Made by a program: the position numbers and the translations under genes. Shown in pieces: positions 38,734-47,947 of a DNA stretch of 64,000 nt. The notes beneath the pieces are model-generated. The model was not told the origin of the DNA. It ran no database searches and worked only from the letters and a program-made list of their open reading frames with translations. Origin of the DNA: an uncultured bacterium (GTDB taxonomy: Bacteria > Cyanobacteriota > Vampirovibrionia > Gastranaerophilales > Gastranaerophilaceae); assembly GCA_902774905.1 (NCBI GenBank), contig CACYKF010000003.1, positions 2,174 to 66,173 of the forward strand, in the 5' to 3' direction. The first letter of the stretch is position 1, and the number at the start of each line of letters is the position of its first letter.

Positions 38734-39297
38734 TTATTCGGCTGTGGCAACATTTACCATTGTAGGTCTTAAAACTTTGTCACCCATTTTGTAACCTTTT
38801 CTCAATTCGGCGATAACTGTGTGTTCTTTATGCTCACTTGTAGGGGTCTGCATTACCGCTTCGTGAAAATTCGGGTCAAATTCTTCCCCGACTGCCTTGA
38901 TTTCTTCTAAACCAAGTTTTGTTAAAGTTTCGTAAACCTGTTTTTGAATTAAATCAAAACTTTCTTTAACTTTTGCACAGTCATCAACATTTTCTAAAGA
39001 TTTTTGTCCTCTTTCAAAATTATCAAGAACCTCAATAAGTTTTGTTAATGCATTTTCCGTACCAAATTTTATCAGCGCTTCTTTTTCTTGTTCATGGCGC
39101 TTTCTAAAATTGTCAAAATCTGCAGAAAGTCTTATATACTGATTATTTAACTGTTCATATTTTTCTTGCCAATCATCTTTTTTAACTTCCGATTCTTCTT
39201 GCTTTTCTTCATCTGCTGAATTTTCAATCGGCTCATTTATATCTATTTCTTTATCTGTTTCTTCATTTTTGAACGGATTAGAACTGTTTTCTTCCAT
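38734..39297 (-). CDS. grpE: nucleotide exchange factor GrpE
   Basis: Acidic N-terminus, RLSADFDNFRKR coiled coil and a C-terminal beta domain (GYKMGDKVLRPTMV). Confidence 0.9.
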   Translation of the reverse strand: MEENSSNPFKNEETDKEIDINEPIENSADEEKQEESEVKKDDWQEKYEQLNNQYIRLSADFDNFRKRHEQEKEALIKFGTENALTKLIEVLDNFERGQKSLENVDDCAKVKESFDLIQKQVYETLTKLGLEEIKAVGEEFDPNFHEAVMQTPTSEHKEHTVIAELRKGYKMGDKVLRPTMVNVATAE

Positions 39298-39388
39298 AAT
39301 ATTATCTCCCTTATAACTAATTCATAAAAACATTATACCCCTCAAAACAGGCATTTATAACAAAGTTTATTATTTTTTAATAATTCAA

Positions 39389-40630
39389 TTAAAGTTTAAA
39401 AAGTGCATCATAAATTCCTTCAGAATAGGTCGGATGGGGGAAACAAACCTCTTTTAACTTATCAACGGTTATGCCGTTTTGAATTGCTATTGTTATCTGC
39501 TGAATTAATGAAGATGCTTCACTTGAAACAATATGCGCACCGACTATTTTGCCATTTTGAGAAAGAATTTTTATTAATCCGTCAGTTTGACCGTCACAAT
39601 GCGCTTTGCCTATTGCAGATAGTAATACCAAAGATTTTTTATATGAATCAGGTTCTAAATCCTGTTCTCGTTTACCGACCCATGCAATTTCCGGTGTACC
39701 GTAAACCACGCTTGGGGTTAATCCTTTTTCAAATTTTATTCCGTCAGCATCTTCTATTGCCTGTTTTATTGCATAATGCGCAAGTTGAATTTCACCCGTT
39801 ACATCTCCGATATAAGTTACTCCATCAATTTTATCAGTAATATTCGGGGTTCTGCCTACAGCAACAAGTACCATCTCAGGTTGTAAAATTTCGTCGTTTG
39901 ATAAAGTAATTTTTTTATTATTTATTTCCTTTACACAAGTTTGAGTAAAAAACTTGATTTTTTCTGTCTTAAATATACGCTCTAACCTCTTTGAAACTTC
40001 TGCATCCGCAAGCGGTAGAAGGTGCGAGGCAAGTTCTACAACAGTTGTTTCAACTCCAAAATTATTAAATATTCTTGCCCATTCAACTCCGATTGCACCA
40101 GAGCCAACTATTAAAATACTTTTGGGCAAACTTGCAAGATTTAAAATATCATCTGAAGATAACAAAAATTCATGGTCAAATTCTAAACCTTTTATAATTT
40201 TCGGACTTGAACCCGTTGAGCAAACAATTTTAGAACAATTATAAATATCAGCATTACATTCTACTATCGTATTTTTATCTTTAATTTTTGCCTCACTATT
40301 TATAACAGTCACTTTGGCATTTTTCAGCGCAAGTTCTATCCCTTTGCGCAAAGTTTCAACAGTTTTATTTTTTCTTTCTAAAACTTTTGAATAATCAAGA
40401 GTAACATTTTGAGTGGTCACACCAAACTTTTCAGCATTTAAAATCTGTTTATAGACTTCTGAAGAATGAAGAATAGATTTTGTCGGGATACAGCCTTTAT
40501 TTAAACAAACCCCGCCAATTTGTTTTTTTTCAAACAGCACGACAGATTTTCCCTGTGCTGATGCGTGTAGTGCATAAGTATATCCCGCAGGTCCTGCGCC
40601 TATTATCCCTATATCAAAATTATTATTCAT
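39389..40630 (-). CDS. dihydrolipoyl dehydrogenase-like pyridine nucleotide-disulfide oxidoreductase
   Basis: GAGPAGY FAD motif, redox-active GGVCLNKGCIPTK, GSGAIGVE NAD motif and a C-terminal HPTYSEG. It is compact at 413 aa. Confidence 0.8.
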   Translation of the reverse strand: MNNNFDIGIIGAGPAGYTYALHASAQGKSVVLFEKKQIGGVCLNKGCIPTKSILHSSEVYKQILNAEKFGVTTQNVTLDYSKVLERKNKTVETLRKGIELALKNAKVTVINSEAKIKDKNTIVECNADIYNCSKIVCSTGSSPKIIKGLEFDHEFLLSSDDILNLASLPKSILIVGSGAIGVEWARIFNNFGVETTVVELASHLLPLADAEVSKRLERIFKTEKIKFFTQTCVKEINNKKITLSNDEILQPEMVLVAVGRTPNITDKIDGVTYIGDVTGEIQLAHYAIKQAIEDADGIKFEKGLTPSVVYGTPEIAWVGKREQDLEPDSYKKSLVLLSAIGKAHCDGQTDGLIKILSQNGKIVGAHIVSSEASSLIQQITIAIQNGITVDKLKEVCFPHPTYSEGIYDALFKL

Positions 40631-40645
40631 TTTTCCCCACTCCTG

Positions 40646-40670
40646 TCCCTCTCCCTAAAAGGGCGAGGGA
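40646..40670 (-). repeat. GC-rich intercistronic hairpin containing AAGGGCGAGG (copy 1)
   Basis: tccctctccc-taaaa-gggcgaggga, between the alr stop and the lpd-like start. Confidence 0.5.
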
Positions 40671-40675
40671 AATAA

Positions 40676-41800
40676 TTATCTTGTATAAACTCTCGGCAGT
40701 CTGACTTTTAGACGGCAAGTAAGTTCATAATTTATTGTATTTAAGATATTTGCCCAAACATCAATTGATTTGTTTTCATCAAGCAAAGTAACGACATCTC
40801 CGCATTTACAATCGACCCCTGTTACATCAAACATAATCTGATCCATCGTGATATTACCGACCTGAGGGACTTCAACTCCGTTCAGAGTTCCCGTTATTTT
40901 ATTTGACAGCCCTCTTGGCAAACCGTCAGCATACCCTATCGGAACTGTCGCAATAGTTCTTTCGCCTTTTGCAGTATAAGTATGGCAGTAACTAATCCCT
41001 TCACCGTCTTTTGCTTTGTGTATATTTACTATTCTGCCTTTTAAAGAAATTAATTGCTTTAAATTCGGCATCCTGAAATTAACACCCTGTGGGAAATCAG
41101 GATACAATCCGTATAAAGAAATCCCTATTCTGCACATATTTGAATTTGGCTTTTTATAACAAATTGTCCCTGCGGTGTTTAAAATATGCAGCAAAAGACC
41201 TTCTGTATCAATATTATCAACTACGCTATCCCATTTAGCGAACTGTTCTTTTGTTTTATCAAGTTCTTCTGCTGCTGCAAGGTGGGTAAAAATCCCTCTG
41301 AAATCCAGATAAGGCGAATTTTGTACTTCTTTTATAAAATCAAGTGCTTCGTCTGCTCTGACACCTATTCTGTTCATCCCTGTATCGAGTTTTACATGAA
41401 CTTTCGGTTTGACACCTGTTCTTTCATAAATCTCTTTGCAGGCTTTTAAGTGTTCGTGCGTAAAAATTGAGATACTTATATTATTCTGAATGGCAGTTTC
41501 TAATGCCCAAACAGGAACAGCACCAAGCACTAAAATCTCACATTTGATTTTTGCCTGTCTTAAATCAACCCCCTCATCTATTGATGCGACACCAAGCATA
41601 TCAACTCCGCTTGCCAAAATTGTCGGCGCAAGCATAATTGAACCATGACCGTATGCATCAGCCTTTACAACCCCTAACAGTTTCATATCCGGCGAAACAT
41701 TTTTCCTGATTTCTTTAATATTATGCTCCAAATTGCCTACATTTATTTCAACCCAGGCATCTCTGTGAATATTTATATTTGTCTGTCTTGTACTGCTCAT
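40676..41800 (-). CDS. alr: alanine racemase
   Basis: VVKADAYGHG PLP-lysine motif and a typical N-terminal RDAWVEINxxNLxHN. Start set at MSSTRQ; the track TTG start is 27 nt upstream. Confidence 0.9.
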   Translation of the reverse strand: MSSTRQTNINIHRDAWVEINVGNLEHNIKEIRKNVSPDMKLLGVVKADAYGHGSIMLAPTILASGVDMLGVASIDEGVDLRQAKIKCEILVLGAVPVWALETAIQNNISISIFTHEHLKACKEIYERTGVKPKVHVKLDTGMNRIGVRADEALDFIKEVQNSPYLDFRGIFTHLAAAEELDKTKEQFAKWDSVVDNIDTEGLLLHILNTAGTICYKKPNSNMCRIGISLYGLYPDFPQGVNFRMPNLKQLISLKGRIVNIHKAKDGEGISYCHTYTAKGERTIATVPIGYADGLPRGLSNKITGTLNGVEVPQVGNITMDQIMFDVTGVDCKCGDVVTLLDENKSIDVWANILNTINYELTCRLKVRLPRVYTR

Positions 41801-41829
41801 ACAACAATTATAAGACAAAATATACAAAT

Positions 41830-43296
41830 TTATAACAGTTTACGCAATTCTTTTTCTACTTCATCAAACACACTTTCCCAATCGCCGTTTTGGGGTTGTC
41901 TAAATAGTTTTAAACTATCATACCAATCAGATTTTGAAAGGTCATTATGCCAGCGCCAGTTATAGACATGTGGTAATAACACCCAGCATGGCTTACACAT
42001 AGCACCCGCAAGATGCGCCAAAGATGTGTCGTTACAAATTATCAAATCCAAATTTTCAACCGCCCCCGCAGTCCACGAAAAATCTTTAAATGTTGACGCA
42101 AGGTCAATTACATTATATTTATCTTTAATCTTTTCAAATTTTTCAGAGCCTTCAAAAGTCTGACAGGAATAAAATTGAGTGTTTGGTAGTTCAAAAAGTC
42201 TGAAAAAATCCTCAACGCTCAAAATTCGCTCTTTATCATAATACGAATTCCCCTGCCATTTAATCCCTATTTTAAACTTATCGTTATCAAAATAATTATC
42301 CCTGTAATACTTCACCTTATCAGGATTAGGCATGATATACCCGTCATCATGATGAATAAACATATCATCTCCCGATTTACCCAAAACATAAGGCAAACTC
42401 AAAAACGGCAGGTGATAATCAAAATTCATTTCTTTTTCGTTTTTAAACATTCCCATAATCTCTGCTCCATAGGAATTTTCCTCAAATAATGGTTTTAATT
42501 CCTCCTGAGGTTTAAAAATTACTTTTTTGCATTTTGAAATAAGTTCCGGCATAAAACGGTAAATCATAATATTATCGCCAAATCCTGCTTCGTAATAAGT
42601 ATAAAGAGTTTTATCAGACAAATCTTCCTTTCCTGTCCAAATTGGTTTTTGCCTCATCAAATTAGGGTAAGTCTTTTCCTGCGAAACAATGGCACTTTGT
42701 TTGCATAATCTTTGTTCAAAGCATTTTAGACCATCTTTATAATTCTTATCCTGCATATAGGCAAGTGAAAGAAAATATGTCGTTTCCCAATCATCAGGAT
42801 TTATTTCAAGAACCTTTTTGTAACACTCTATCGCACCTTTTGTGTCGTTTTCATTGAAACAAAGATATGCAAGATTAAAATATGATTCAGTACTTTTGGG
42901 GTTAAGTTCTATCGCCTTATAATAAGTTTCTTTAGCCTTGTCATACTGCGCATTGTTTTTATAAGCCATGGCAAGATTAAAAGTATTTTCGTAGTTTTCA
43001 GAATTATTTTTTACTAATATCTCGTAAAGGTCCACTGCATTTTGAAAATCCTCTTTTTTGAAATACATCTTTGCAAGATTTTCGATATAAAAAGGCAAAG
43101 GCTTTAATTCAATCGCTTTTTGCAGGCATAGAAGCGCTTTATCAAACTCACTTACCTGAGTATATAAAATCCCGAGTAAATTCCAGACTTCATGGTTTTG
43201 TTTATCATCATTTAAAATCTGTTCATACAAATCTCTGGCATTTGTTAGTTGCCCTTTTTGATGATATTCAAATGCCTGTTCAATTTTGTTTCGCAT
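41830..43296 (-). CDS. TPR-repeat + glycosyltransferase family 9 (heptosyltransferase-like) protein
   Basis: The N-terminal half has TPRs. The C-terminal half carries the GT9-like motif ICNDTSLAHLAGAMCKPCWVLLP. The start is ambiguous (ATG 43296 or TTG 43314). Confidence 0.75.
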   Translation of the reverse strand: MRNKIEQAFEYHQKGQLTNARDLYEQILNDDKQNHEVWNLLGILYTQVSEFDKALLCLQKAIELKPLPFYIENLAKMYFKKEDFQNAVDLYEILVKNNSENYENTFNLAMAYKNNAQYDKAKETYYKAIELNPKSTESYFNLAYLCFNENDTKGAIECYKKVLEINPDDWETTYFLSLAYMQDKNYKDGLKCFEQRLCKQSAIVSQEKTYPNLMRQKPIWTGKEDLSDKTLYTYYEAGFGDNIMIYRFMPELISKCKKVIFKPQEELKPLFEENSYGAEIMGMFKNEKEMNFDYHLPFLSLPYVLGKSGDDMFIHHDDGYIMPNPDKVKYYRDNYFDNDKFKIGIKWQGNSYYDKERILSVEDFFRLFELPNTQFYSCQTFEGSEKFEKIKDKYNVIDLASTFKDFSWTAGAVENLDLIICNDTSLAHLAGAMCKPCWVLLPHVYNWRWHNDLSKSDWYDSLKLFRQPQNGDWESVFDEVEKELRKLL

Positions 43297-43320
43297 GTAA
43301 ATCCACTCTACCAAATCCTT

Positions 43321-43341
43321 TTTCCCTCAAGGGCGAGGAAA
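43321..43341 (-). repeat. GC-rich intercistronic hairpin containing AAGGGCGAGG (copy 2)
   Basis: tttccctc-aagggc-gaggaaa, between the permease stop and the GT9 start. Confidence 0.45.
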
Positions 43342-43350
43342 TTTTATATT

Positions 43351-44331
43351 CTACATTTTTACCCCAATTGCTTCAAATAAGCCGTTTATATTAAATACAT
43401 TATATTGAAATATTAAGCCTAAAATTGTACCAACCAAAACGAGTAAACCTAAGATTATTAAAGTGTCTTTTTTATCCCCGTTTTTACGAAGCAATACTAA
43501 AATACCAAGTCCGCCTGAAGTGCAAAGACCAGCAATCAATGAGCCAAAACTGATTGTATTTTTAACAAACAACATTGTAAGCATCACAGATATAGCACAA
43601 TTTGGGATTAACCCTATAAGCGAAACCAAAAATGGCTGAAGCGGAGAATTCATAAGGCAATATTTTGCCATAATTTCTTCTGAACCTGCTCTTGATAGAA
43701 TAAACGCAAGAACAACCGATATTAAAAATATAAATACAAAAATATTTAATGTATGCTTCAACGGATGAAGCCAAAAATCTCTTTTTCTTGATGCATGGAT
43801 AAGATGATGATGGCAACAGCCTTCAATTTCATCTTCATGAACTTTTTCAATTACAGGTTCTTTAGCGTTATATGTAACAAGCCAATCAACTATATATCCG
43901 ACAACTATCGCAACAGCAATTTTTACCGCAATAATAGGCAAAATTAACGGTGCTTTCTGCGGGTAAGTCAATAGAACAGGAATTGCCTCATCTGAAGTCG
44001 CCAGATAAACCGCAACCAATGTACCTCTTGAAAGTAACCGTCTTGTATAAACCGTACTTGCAATAACAGAAAAACCGCATTGAGGTAAAGATGCGAACAA
44101 ACTGCCAAACAAAGGTCCTACCTTTTTAATCCAAAAAACAAACAAATGACGTTTTTTGGCATAGTACCGTTCAATAAATTCAATAAGAACGAAAATGATA
44201 AATAAAAACGGTATCAAACCCAAACTGTCAATCAGTGCATCTTTCAAAAAATCAGGAATAAACTCTATCGGTTCAATAAGTTCTTCCGGCATATTCCATA
44301 TAAAATTCAATACTTCGGTTATTGCGCTCAT
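43351..44331 (-). CDS. polytopic membrane protein, putative metal permease (ArsP_2/10-TM-like)
   Basis: About 10 hydrophobic helices with a central loop HEDEIEGCCHHHLIH (Cys/His metal-binding look). The family assignment is from memory only. Confidence 0.6.
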   Translation of the reverse strand: MSAITEVLNFIWNMPEELIEPIEFIPDFLKDALIDSLGLIPFLFIIFVLIEFIERYYAKKRHLFVFWIKKVGPLFGSLFASLPQCGFSVIASTVYTRRLLSRGTLVAVYLATSDEAIPVLLTYPQKAPLILPIIAVKIAVAIVVGYIVDWLVTYNAKEPVIEKVHEDEIEGCCHHHLIHASRKRDFWLHPLKHTLNIFVFIFLISVVLAFILSRAGSEEIMAKYCLMNSPLQPFLVSLIGLIPNCAISVMLTMLFVKNTISFGSLIAGLCTSGGLGILVLLRKNGDKKDTLIILGLLVLVGTILGLIFQYNVFNINGLFEAIGVKM

Positions 44332-44340
44332 AATTATTCC

Positions 44341-47295
44341 TTACAACTTAAATCCTTTTTGAGTACAAAAATCATTCAGTTTTTCTTTTTCAAAAGTTAC
44401 ACAATTCTTGATATACGAATTATTGGTTTCTTTCACCACAAATTCCATCGCCTTTTCAAACATTACAGCAGAGCCGCGCAGATATTCTATCTGATCTTGT
44501 GTTGCAATTTTACCGATATCATAATAGTATTTGCCATACAAAAGATACAATCTTGAAAGCATATCATACATTTTACATTTTTTTGCAAGTTTCAATCCTT
44601 CTTCAATATTTATTTTTGCACTTGTATAATCAGCAATATTCATATAAGCCTTACCCAGTACAAAACGCAGTTTAGCGTTAAAGAAACAGTTATCAATATT
44701 AGGATTGACAGATATCTCTAAAGCCTGAGATGCAATATCTATTGCACTCTTTGAATTTTCTGTAACAATAGTAGCGTCAGCAATCAGATACCATGCCAGC
44801 AAAGCGCCTAATGCCATTTTTTCTTTTGCAAAATATGTAACCTGTTCGTTATAAATTTCAAGTGCCTGCTGAGCCTTGTTCTCATCTTTAAAAACTTTAC
44901 CGAGTAATGTTTTCAAAATATTTTTAGTAAAACTATCACCTGTATTGTTCGCAAAAGTAACTGCTTCAAAAAGTTCTTCTCTTATGCCTTCATAATCTCT
45001 TGTCATAAATTTGTTGATAATATAGACAAGATTAAGTCTTGAAACCGAAATTTCATCCATAAAATTGTCGCGGTAATGTGCATCAACATCCTGCAGTATA
45101 CGCATTGATGCTTTTATATCACCTTTCATAGTATTTGCATAAGCCTGAACAGTTTTTGCCCTTGCAATTAGTTGTTTGTCATTTATTTTATGTTTATCAA
45201 TAATGGTAAACAAATTTTTCAGGACATCAAAAGTTCTTTCATTACCCTGCAAAGCAAGAGCAGTAGCAAGAACAAGATAAACCTTTAGCCATGTATCGAA
45301 TAACAAACCTAACGGGAACAATTTGTTCAATCTTGGTTTTGCAAGATACTGATTTAAAATCGGTAAAACATCATTATCTGCAAGAGAAATAACTTCTCCG
45401 CAATTACCGATATCTAAAAGTGCAGATAATTTGGCGCTTATAATCATTGCCCTTTCAAGTTCCTGACCATCTTTTAATTTTCTCAAAACATTATCTACAC
45501 ATTCGACATTTCCGAAATAATTACCTGTTTTTAAGCAACATTTGGCAAGATATCCCAAAAGTTCAATCTCTTTTACTTCATCATTATTTGTCCTTGCATT
45601 TGATATAGCATCCGGCAGAAATTCCAATGCTTCCTGAGGATCGTATTCAGATAGCAGTTTCCCTAATTTCTCACTTATACTGTATCGGATATTTATAGTT
45701 TCATTTTCACTAAATTCATTCAATAAGGCAAGACATTGTTTCTGCGCTATTACATATAAATTTATATCTCCGATATAAGATGCCAAACGAGTAGTCTTTG
45801 TCCAAATATCAAACGCCATTCGTGTTTCTCTTAGGTTATGAGCAATCATAGCCATAGTTGCATTGGTATTAAGGTTAAAGACACTTATTGCTTTCCCTAT
45901 TTTGACATTTATATCATCAAATTCCGAATCTCTTGTTATGTTTTTTAATATAGTTTCCCAAAGCATCAGGTTGTTAAACTCATAGCAAATACTATCAAAT
46001 TTCCTGACAAAATCCGACATTTCGAGATAACTTAAAATCTCATTAAATTCTAATTCATTAAACCCGAAAATTTCCCTTATAAGAGTAATATTTATCTTAT
46101 CTCCTAAAATGGCAGAAGCGCAAAGAACCTTATGCGCAATTTTATTTACCTTTTTAAGAGTTGAAAGTCTTTCTTTTATCAACTGAGAGAAATCATCCGG
46201 TAAAACAAACGCTTTGTCATTTATCTGACAGTCATATACATAACTGTAAGCCTGCTGAATATATGCGAGATTTCCGTTTGCCTTTTCATTTATGAGTTCT
46301 TTTTCTCTTTCGGATACATAACCTTCCGCATCTTTATTTATTTTTACATCATTTATAAGTTCTTCTTCTGTGACAGGTCTTAAGTTAATATCCTCAAAAG
46401 AATTTATGTTCTTGTTATCAAACCCGAAAAAACCGCATATTGGCTTTGGTTCATTATAAATTGCAATAAATTTTAAGTTGTTCCAATTTTTGTCTTTACG
46501 AAGCAGATTTGTAAAAAATTCCGCGCTAAATCCGTCTATAAAATCAAAATTATCAACAACAAAAATAAATTTACCACTCGATATAAATGCATCAAATATT
46601 TTGTTCAAAATTGAATAAGTGCGCTTTTTGTTAATTATGATATCTTCGTAATTTCCGTCATTAAAACTGTATATAAAATTGAACAAATCGGATACTTCAG
46701 GCGGTTGAAGGAATTTAAACTCTTTTGAGAAAAATTCATTGGCATTCTTTTTCAGTTCAGCATTGTTAATACAAAAATTCGGAAGACTAAAAAGATTTAA
46801 TAGCATATCCTGAACAACACCGCCCGGAGTTAATTGAGTAAGTGGAGTACATTTACCCAAGCATATATTTCTGTCCTCGATTTTTTTTAATGCTGAATAC
46901 AAAACAGAAGTTTTACCGCAACCTTTTTCTCCTGTTATAGAAATTACTTTTTTGTTTTTATCGGATAGAGCATTTGAAAGAATATCTATACCTTCTTTAA
47001 AAGAGCATAGTTTAGGATTAAACTGTAAAGGATTGGAAGGCTTACTTGTCCGTTTTTTCTTTTCAGGTTCACCAAATGATGCCCCACACTTTCTGCATTT
47101 TACAGCACTTGGGAAATTTACTCCGTTACATTTTGGGCAAATTTTCAACAGTTCCTGACCGCAATTTGAACATTTTAATTGTCCTGCAGGATTAACGGTC
47201 TTGCAGTTTGTGCATGATATACCCGTTCGTGTTTTACAATACGGGCATTTTAAAGCGTCATGTGCTATGTTATTTTTACAAACAGGACATTTCAT
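44341..47295 (-). CDS. triple zinc-ribbon / P-loop NTPase / TPR-like (STAND-type) protein
   Basis: Six CxxC pairs in residues 3-70, Walker A GEKGCGKT (46909-46932), Walker B-like FIFVVDNFDF, then about 650 aa of helical TPR-like repeats. Confidence 0.8.
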   Translation of the reverse strand: MKCPVCKNNIAHDALKCPYCKTRTGISCTNCKTVNPAGQLKCSNCGQELLKICPKCNGVNFPSAVKCRKCGASFGEPEKKKRTSKPSNPLQFNPKLCSFKEGIDILSNALSDKNKKVISITGEKGCGKTSVLYSALKKIEDRNICLGKCTPLTQLTPGGVVQDMLLNLFSLPNFCINNAELKKNANEFFSKEFKFLQPPEVSDLFNFIYSFNDGNYEDIIINKKRTYSILNKIFDAFISSGKFIFVVDNFDFIDGFSAEFFTNLLRKDKNWNNLKFIAIYNEPKPICGFFGFDNKNINSFEDINLRPVTEEELINDVKINKDAEGYVSEREKELINEKANGNLAYIQQAYSYVYDCQINDKAFVLPDDFSQLIKERLSTLKKVNKIAHKVLCASAILGDKINITLIREIFGFNELEFNEILSYLEMSDFVRKFDSICYEFNNLMLWETILKNITRDSEFDDINVKIGKAISVFNLNTNATMAMIAHNLRETRMAFDIWTKTTRLASYIGDINLYVIAQKQCLALLNEFSENETINIRYSISEKLGKLLSEYDPQEALEFLPDAISNARTNNDEVKEIELLGYLAKCCLKTGNYFGNVECVDNVLRKLKDGQELERAMIISAKLSALLDIGNCGEVISLADNDVLPILNQYLAKPRLNKLFPLGLLFDTWLKVYLVLATALALQGNERTFDVLKNLFTIIDKHKINDKQLIARAKTVQAYANTMKGDIKASMRILQDVDAHYRDNFMDEISVSRLNLVYIINKFMTRDYEGIREELFEAVTFANNTGDSFTKNILKTLLGKVFKDENKAQQALEIYNEQVTYFAKEKMALGALLAWYLIADATIVTENSKSAIDIASQALEISVNPNIDNCFFNAKLRFVLGKAYMNIADYTSAKINIEEGLKLAKKCKMYDMLSRLYLLYGKYYYDIGKIATQDQIEYLRGSAVMFEKAMEFVVKETNNSYIKNCVTFEKEKLNDFCTQKGFKL

Positions 47296-47300
47296 AATAC

Positions 47301-47918
47301 TTATTGTTCATCCAGAACTTTCTTTACTCTCTCAATCAAACCATAAATTCTTTTTGAAACTTCAGACTGAGAAATTCCGAGTTCTTCCGCCATTTGCCTT
47401 TGGGTAAGACATTTATCATACCTTAGGATAAAAATATCCATAAATTTCTGTTCAGGTTCTTCTTCATTTATTTGTTCAAGTGTATCGGCAATAAAATTGA
47501 CGACTTCGTTGTGTATTGCATTATCTTCAGGATTAAGAGGAATATTGATACTTTCGTAACCGGGACTGAAAGATGTATAATCATATAATGATACAGGTTC
47601 AGCCGTAGGTGCAGCAGTCAAATCCTCAACCGGCATAACAGACTCAATCGGAACCTCTGTTGTCGTCATATAACCTGATTTTGAACGACGCAATCTTCCT
47701 GAATCTTTCAATACATTAATTATAGAAGTAGTTACGACTTTGCGCAGATATGCTTCCAAAGTAGGCTGATTATCAATTGCACTTATAATAGATGCAGAAC
47801 GACGGCACGCCTCATTTAGAAAATCATCAAACAAATCCTCATTATTAGGAAATTTGCGATCATTTTTTATGATTTTTGATATTAAGTCTATCTTCTCCTG
47901 TGTAATTTCCACAAACAT
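47301..47918 (-). CDS. divergent sigma-70-family protein
   Basis: Region-4 HTH LTQRQMAEELGISQSEVSKRIYGLIERVKKVL and a region-2-like N-terminus (LEAYLRKVVTTSIINVLKDSGRLRR). A linker of about 70 aa separates them. Confidence 0.65.
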   Translation of the reverse strand: MFVEITQEKIDLISKIIKNDRKFPNNEDLFDDFLNEACRRSASIISAIDNQPTLEAYLRKVVTTSIINVLKDSGRLRRSKSGYMTTTEVPIESVMPVEDLTAAPTAEPVSLYDYTSFSPGYESINIPLNPEDNAIHNEVVNFIADTLEQINEEEPEQKFMDIFILRYDKCLTQRQMAEELGISQSEVSKRIYGLIERVKKVLDEQ

Positions 47919-47947
47919 ATCCCTTCGTCATGGAAATTATAGCATAT

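Noticed and set aside
38606-39388. CIRCE (HrcA operator) near grpE/dnaJ
   Set aside because: There is no TTAGCACTC-N9-GAGTGCTAA or close variant on either strand. Only short unrelated hairpins are present.
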